Shown here in pieces: positions 7,827 through 11,902 of a DNA stretch of 11,902 bases. The notes under the pieces were generated by a model, which saw only the letters and a program-made list of their open reading frames with translations, did no database searches and was not told the DNA's origin. Position 1 is the stretch's first letter. Every line of letters starts with the position of its first letter. The position numbers and the translations under genes were made by a program. Source of the stretch: Bdellovibrionia bacterium (lineage in GTDB: Bacteria > Bdellovibrionota > UBA1018); contig JBJMMA010000038.1 of NCBI GenBank assembly GCA_045805065.1, positions 1-11,902 on the forward strand, given 5' to 3'.

Positions 7827-7846
7827 ATGTGTCTGAACTGACACAT
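7827..7846. promoter_or_regulatory. Palindrome; candidate enhancer (bEBP UAS) or small hairpin after the miniprotein stop codon
   Basis: ATGTGTC-N6-GACACAT contains TGT-N10-ACA and lies about 100-120 bp upstream of the -24 element. Confidence 0.4.
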
Positions 7847-8112
7847 TAATAAGGGCAGGCCTGGCCATCGGGAACGCTGAGACCTGCGCAGAAAGTTGCG
7901 CAAACGCCTAGACCGCCTCTTCCACTGGACCCATAGACGCCACCGTTGCACATCACCTCGCGACCGCAACAAGTATTGGTCCTGCAATCCCAGTTACAAG
8001 CGGGCTGAGCGACTACCTTTTGATTTGGAATCGAGATGATAGCGATCATCAAAGTTAAAAGGCCCATAGTGATAAGAAGGGCCCGAGAGGCAAATCCAAG
8101 TTGAGCGCGCAT
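7846..8112 (-). CDS. Small secreted cysteine-rich protein (88 aa; 8 Cys in a mature part of about 53 aa)
   Basis: SD GGGGAG 7 nt before the ATG. Hydrophobic signal segment ending KVVA. Mature part QPACNWDCRTNTCCGREVMC...CATFC...CPY. Confidence 0.8.
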   Translation of the reverse strand: MRAQLGFASRALLITMGLLTLMIAIISIPNQKVVAQPACNWDCRTNTCCGREVMCNGGVYGSSGRGGLGVCATFCAGLSVPDGQACPY

Positions 8113-8160
8113 GAGAATACTCCCCGTCAGTTAAAGTTAAACTAACGGACTAGAAAACGT

Positions 8161-8196
8161 CAAGGGCCGCTCCCCCGTGCAGGAGAGCGGCCCTTG
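8161..8196 (-). terminator. Intrinsic terminator downstream of the clostripain-family gene
   Basis: Perfect 12-bp stem CAAGGGCCGCTC / GAGCGGCCCTTG, followed on the - strand by ACGTTTTCT. Confidence 0.8.
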
Positions 8197-8220
8197 GCTT
8201 TAAAACTCAGCGCTCAGGAA

Positions 8221-9462
8221 TTAGTGAAGCAGATACTGAAGAGTATTCGCCCACTCAGAGCCGTGCTGGAATGCGAGATCGCTGTAGATCTGCGCATTGC
8301 TGTCATAATAGTTCATGCTGGTTGGGAGCCAGAAGGAGATCCCGTTGGCTTTCTTAGACCAGCTTGAGGTGACAGCGTTGACTACCAGGTACTGGCTGAC
8401 AGCCGTACGAACCTGAGCCGTCACAGCGCGGTTCACGTTGAGGCGTTGGGCATCAACACGGTTCAGGAAGTCGATCAAATCGCCGTAGTCGTCATAGGTG
8501 AATTTTGCAGTCGCTTCGGCTGCTGCAATGACCTTGGCGCGGCTTGCGTTGTCGAGCTTCATCATTTCAGCGCCCAGTGCGCGGATCGATTGCTCGAACA
8601 TGTCTGAGCGGCTCAAGTCATAGGCTGATGCCGTGACTTCTTGCGTGCCGTTGCTTCCGCGTTGATAGCTCTTGGTATACTCTGTGACGATCAATGCAGC
8701 GACATCGCGTGGATTCATGCTGCGAGTGCCCCAGCGTGCGAAGATCTGGTCGTATGGCCAGCCTGCACCTGGCTCAAGGTCCTGAGAGCCAACGAAGTAC
8801 TGAACGGAGTTCTTCATTTCAGAAGCAACTTCTGCCATTGCCATCAAGCAAGCATCGCTGCCGTAGACGTCGATCTTATGACCGATTGCTTGTGCGCCGC
8901 GAGCCAGAGCCATTCCAAGCTCTTTCGTGGTGATGTGGTGGCCGGAGAAATCATCCCAGCTGATATCCGTTGGGTGGAAGATGTTGTCGCCGCCAAATTC
9001 GGTTGCATGCAGTGCGTGCCAGCCGCTGCCATGGTCCCATACGTCGACAAGATAATGTTGAGCAGGGTAGGTCTTGGCACCCCATGCGATGAAATCAGCT
9101 AGGCTTTGCCAATCACCCATGTCAACGCGTCCAATTTCTTGAACGACTGGAGAAGTAACTTTCTTCTTATCGTTATCTCTTTTAATCAGAAGACGTTGAG
9201 CTTTGCCCTTTGAATAACTCGCCCATTGGACAACGATGTTGATCTTATCGGAGGAGCCCACCATTTCCATCTGGTTCAGGTTCATCGAGCCAAAGCTGTC
9301 GAGATTGTTATTGCCGTTGAGATAGACCAGGAAGGTCCATTCTTTCGGAGCGTTCGGGCCGGCGTGAGGATTCGTGTGAGCGGCGGCTTGTGCGTTACCT
9401 GTAAATGCCGCGGCGGTGATCAGTAAAAGACTGCACAGCAGGGATGAAATTTTTTCTCGCAT
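8221..9462 (-). CDS. Secreted clostripain-family (peptidase C11) cysteine peptidase, 413 aa
   Basis: Motifs KEWTFLVYLNGNNNL, YPAQHYLVDVWDHGSGW (catalytic His), DVYGSDACLMAMAEVA (catalytic Cys) and EPGAGWPY. Start re-assigned to ATG 9462 (SD GGAGG), followed by a signal peptide ending NAQA. Confidence 0.92.
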   Translation of the reverse strand: MREKISSLLCSLLLITAAAFTGNAQAAAHTNPHAGPNAPKEWTFLVYLNGNNNLDSFGSMNLNQMEMVGSSDKINIVVQWASYSKGKAQRLLIKRDNDKKKVTSPVVQEIGRVDMGDWQSLADFIAWGAKTYPAQHYLVDVWDHGSGWHALHATEFGGDNIFHPTDISWDDFSGHHITTKELGMALARGAQAIGHKIDVYGSDACLMAMAEVASEMKNSVQYFVGSQDLEPGAGWPYDQIFARWGTRSMNPRDVAALIVTEYTKSYQRGSNGTQEVTASAYDLSRSDMFEQSIRALGAEMMKLDNASRAKVIAAAEATAKFTYDDYGDLIDFLNRVDAQRLNVNRAVTAQVRTAVSQYLVVNAVTSSWSKKANGISFWLPTSMNYYDSNAQIYSDLAFQHGSEWANTLQYLLH

Positions 9463-9673
9463 TCGGCTCCTCCATGAGTTTGCAAGATTGTATTTTTTAC
9501 TGCTTAGGTACTGCTTGTACTGCGATGGTGAGCCGCGCCGCTTCCTAGCGTAGGTCATGGCGGATTCGCGTCAGTTCTTTCAAATCCACCCACCATGGCG
9601 GATTTTCAGACCGGTGCGATCCCGTTGTGACGAGGTCATTAAGTTGTGCTGCTCAAGGAAGAGGTTAGCATGA

Positions 9674-9718
9674 TTTAGGCCCGAAACAATCCCACCAGGA
9701 GATTTTTTCAGGCCTAAA
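9674..9718. other. Long imperfect inverted repeat after the lipoprotein stop codon (possible terminator or stabilising stem)
   Basis: TTTAGGCC.GAAA.AATC / GATT.TTTC.GGCCTAAA. There is no U-tract on the - strand. Confidence 0.5.
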
Positions 9719-9736
9719 ATTTTCACTGTGTAAAAA

Positions 9737-10396
9737 TTACATGAGCGACGATTGAGAAGTCGCTGCGGTGTACGTAGGCATGATGGTCTTGAGATTCAAC
9801 ATGAGAAGAAGTCCGGAGTTCTTGCCATCATTATCAGCACCAACGATTGAGATCGTGCCGATTTGCTTGTTGTTCTGATCGAAGAACAAGAAAGTTCCCG
9901 TGACGCCTTGAGCTCCAAACTTCACAGGGATGAAAACGCCGACGAAAGCAGAGCCGATGTAGAACGTTGCGTTGTCCCATTGAGGAACTTGAACTGCGAC
10001 GGATGGAAGCGCGCCTCCAATAATGCCTGGAATTGGGCGGCCACCTGGGAGTTGGTTTGCTGGAAGAGTGTTCGCATTTCCATCAAGGAAAGACAGGTCA
10101 TTCATACTTAGACCCAGTTGAAGGAGCATGCCTTGTCCAGCCAGGTTTGGAGAGACTTCGATGTAGCTGCTTTGAGTGTGTGGGATCTGCATCGTCACGC
10201 CACCTTGAAAGATGACGTTGGTGAGAACAGCGCTGATAGTCAACGTGCCGTTCACAAGACTCACATTAGGACCTTGCACACCGTCAATGACTGGATTGCC
10301 TGCGTTGCCTTGGCTGTTACATGCCGTGACAGCAGCGGTAGCGAATACGGCGGCCATGAGGACGCCGACCTTTGAAATGATCGTTTGTTTGTTCAT
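9737..10396 (-). CDS. Lipoprotein of unknown function (219 aa, beta-rich)
   Basis: Lipoprotein signal with lipobox VTA-C26. SD GAGGGG. Pro/Gly motif LPGGRPIPGIIGGALPSVAV. Confidence 0.85.
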   Translation of the reverse strand: MNKQTIISKVGVLMAAVFATAAVTACNSQGNAGNPVIDGVQGPNVSLVNGTLTISAVLTNVIFQGGVTMQIPHTQSSYIEVSPNLAGQGMLLQLGLSMNDLSFLDGNANTLPANQLPGGRPIPGIIGGALPSVAVQVPQWDNATFYIGSAFVGVFIPVKFGAQGVTGTFLFFDQNNKQIGTISIVGADNDGKNSGLLLMLNLKTIMPTYTAATSQSSLM

Positions 10397-10434
10397 GATT
10401 TTCCCCTCGGTTGTTTGAACGAACCTATGAATCC

Positions 10435-10461
10435 TTATCGGTGCGCGGAGGGGATATCTTA
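10435..10461 (-). promoter_or_regulatory. Putative sigma28 (FliA) promoter of the lipoprotein gene
   Basis: The - strand reads TAAG-N15-ACCGATAA, about 40 nt upstream of ATG 10396. The -35 overlaps the helicase stop codon. Confidence 0.65.
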
Positions 10462-11625
10462 GAGCTTTGACTCATGATCGAGGAGCGATGTGCAGAAGTC
10501 GCATAGATCGCAAAGACTTGATGCGCCGTGTTCACAAAAATAAGAGCGCAGCGATGCTCTGCGGCAAGCGCTTTGAATTAAAAAATTTTGCACATCGTGA
10601 AGCTCTTGCAGTCTGCGTGCGGAGCCTTGCGTCATCCACTGAAGAAGTCGAAAGTCTTCTTCATCCCAAAAGATCAGAGCTCGCGACTTAAGATGAGGAT
10701 GCCGTCCCGCGCGACCAATCGATTGCGCAAGCGATAACAGGGACGGCGGTGCTTGCCAGAGTAACGCCCAGCGAAGATGAGGATGATCCATTCCCATACC
10801 AAAGGCGGATGTCGCAATGACGATCTCAGGCTGATGCTCTTCAATTTGATTTTCGATGATTCGGCGCTCTTCGCTCGACATACCTGCGTGATAAACCGCG
10901 CACCGCTTACCCGTAGCTTTTAGAAGAAGAGATAGCCTCTCGGCAGTCGCTCGTGTTTGCACAAAGAGAATCCCCGCATCTTTTTGAGTGAGGACAAATT
11001 CAAGAAGGCGTTGGGTTCTTTGCGGCCAAGGAACTCTTTGAACCGAAAGATGCAAAGTCGGTGGAAGTCCAAATTCTCCCATCTCTCGGATAGGAGCGGG
11101 AAGCTCATGCCGAAGTTCCTCGCGAGCAAGCTTTGGAAGAGTGGCACTCAGCCAAACGCTTCTTGGGATTGAGTGCTCTTTTAGAAACTTCGGGATTTGT
11201 AGAAAAGACGGGCGAAACTTCTCTCCCCAGTCCCATAGACAATGGCACTCATCCACGGCAAGCAGTGAGGGTTTCCATGCTGCAGCTTTTTGCGAAGACA
11301 AAGGATGCGCGAGTCGTTCCGGACTGATGATCCAGACTCCGGTCTTGGCCTGAGGCGGAGGCATAGGGTCAGGGCCTGCGGCAAGAGTCACGGGAATTCC
11401 AAGACGCGTGAGTTTTAGGTGTTGCTGTCTGGCTAGCGCAACCAGCGGTGTTACGAGAAGCACTCGGTGATTGCGTGCATAAGTCTCGTAAATCAGGCTT
11501 TTTCCTGACCCAGTGGGCGCGATACAAATCAAATGGCCTGGCTCGCGAAGGGCTTCTAAGGCCTCCTTTTGAAAAGGCCTGAGCTCAAATGGCCTACTTG
11601 AATCAAGAGATGATTGAGCAAACAT
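10459..11625 (-). CDS. recQ: RecQ-family SF2 DNA helicase, short form (helicase core plus Zn-binding subdomain)
   Basis: Motifs LRPFQKEA (motif 0), APTGSGKS (I), AVDECHCLWDWGEKFRPSF (II plus aromatic loop), SAT (III), YHAGM, VIATSAFGMGMD (V), QSIGRAGR (VI) and CRR...CDLCDFC (Zn). The protein ends just after the Zn site. Confidence 0.9.
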   Translation of the reverse strand: MFAQSSLDSSRPFELRPFQKEALEALREPGHLICIAPTGSGKSLIYETYARNHRVLLVTPLVALARQQHLKLTRLGIPVTLAAGPDPMPPPQAKTGVWIISPERLAHPLSSQKAAAWKPSLLAVDECHCLWDWGEKFRPSFLQIPKFLKEHSIPRSVWLSATLPKLAREELRHELPAPIREMGEFGLPPTLHLSVQRVPWPQRTQRLLEFVLTQKDAGILFVQTRATAERLSLLLKATGKRCAVYHAGMSSEERRIIENQIEEHQPEIVIATSAFGMGMDHPHLRWALLWQAPPSLLSLAQSIGRAGRHPHLKSRALIFWDEEDFRLLQWMTQGSARRLQELHDVQNFLIQSACRRASLRSYFCEHGASSLCDLCDFCTSLLDHESKL

Positions 11626-11664
11626 GGAGCGCCGCTTGTGCGACGCTCATGCCATATCCTCCAA

Positions 11665-11901
11665 TTACTTAGAAGCTGGCTGCCTTGTCAGAGTACCTGC
11701 CCAATGTTGGGCAGCAAAAGTCTCGTAATTTGCCCAACCTTTGGATTGCAGCGCGGTCATCGCTACGAAGATCCCGACAAGAAAGAGGAGCGAGCACTCC
11801 ATCTTCATCGCGGACACGTAGTTATATGCGCGCGGTACTCTCTTGTTGAAGAAATAGAACGCAGGACCCCAGGCAAGAGAAAGAACGATCAGGAATCCGA
11901 C
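11665..11901 (-). CDS. C-terminal part of a membrane protein (start beyond the window)
   Basis: The frame is open to the window edge: ...VGFLIVLSLAWGPAFYFFNKRVPRAYNYVSAMKMECSLLFLVGIFVAMTALQSKGWANYETFAAQHWAGTLTRQPASK*. It has two hydrophobic segments. Confidence 0.7.
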   Translation of the reverse strand, partial: VGFLIVLSLAWGPAFYFFNKRVPRAYNYVSAMKMECSLLFLVGIFVAMTALQSKGWANYETFAAQHWAGTLTRQPASK

Positions 11902-11902
11902 C

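Noticed and set aside
9463..9558. Longer start (9558) for the clostripain ORF
   Set aside because: ATG 9462 has a GGAGG SD and begins the signal peptide. The extension looks non-coding.
9540..9670. c-di-AMP, c-di-GMP or ZTP riboswitch
   Set aside because: Only short fragments (GCTAACCTC, CGAATCCG) resemble the consensus, and they are in the wrong order.

Overview
Bacterial chromosomal segment of about 50% GC. It is probably from a predatory Bdellovibrionota/Oligoflexia-like organism; this is inferred from FliA- and sigma54-type promoters, many exported orphan proteins and an RxPAS-type C-terminus. The + strand carries the 3' end of an alpha/beta-hydrolase, a 1465-aa exported protein and a GT87/DUF2029-like membrane glycosyltransferase. 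The large protein combines a signal peptide, a divergent CCA/poly(A)-polymerase-type nucleotidyltransferase domain, a PARP-like ADP-ribosyltransferase domain, five 149-aa repeats with exact 447-bp periodicity and a Cys-containing C-terminal tail. An orphan second copy of that tail lies just downstream, behind a sigma28-like promoter. The - strand carries the 3' end of a membrane protein gene, a short RecQ-type helicase, a lipoprotein, a clostripain-family peptidase, an 8-Cys secreted miniprotein and a secreted glycine-zipper protein with a sigma54 promoter and candidate enhancer. The best candidate for a new system is the exported NTase-ART-repeat protein together with its duplicated, protein-level-conserved C-terminal tag.
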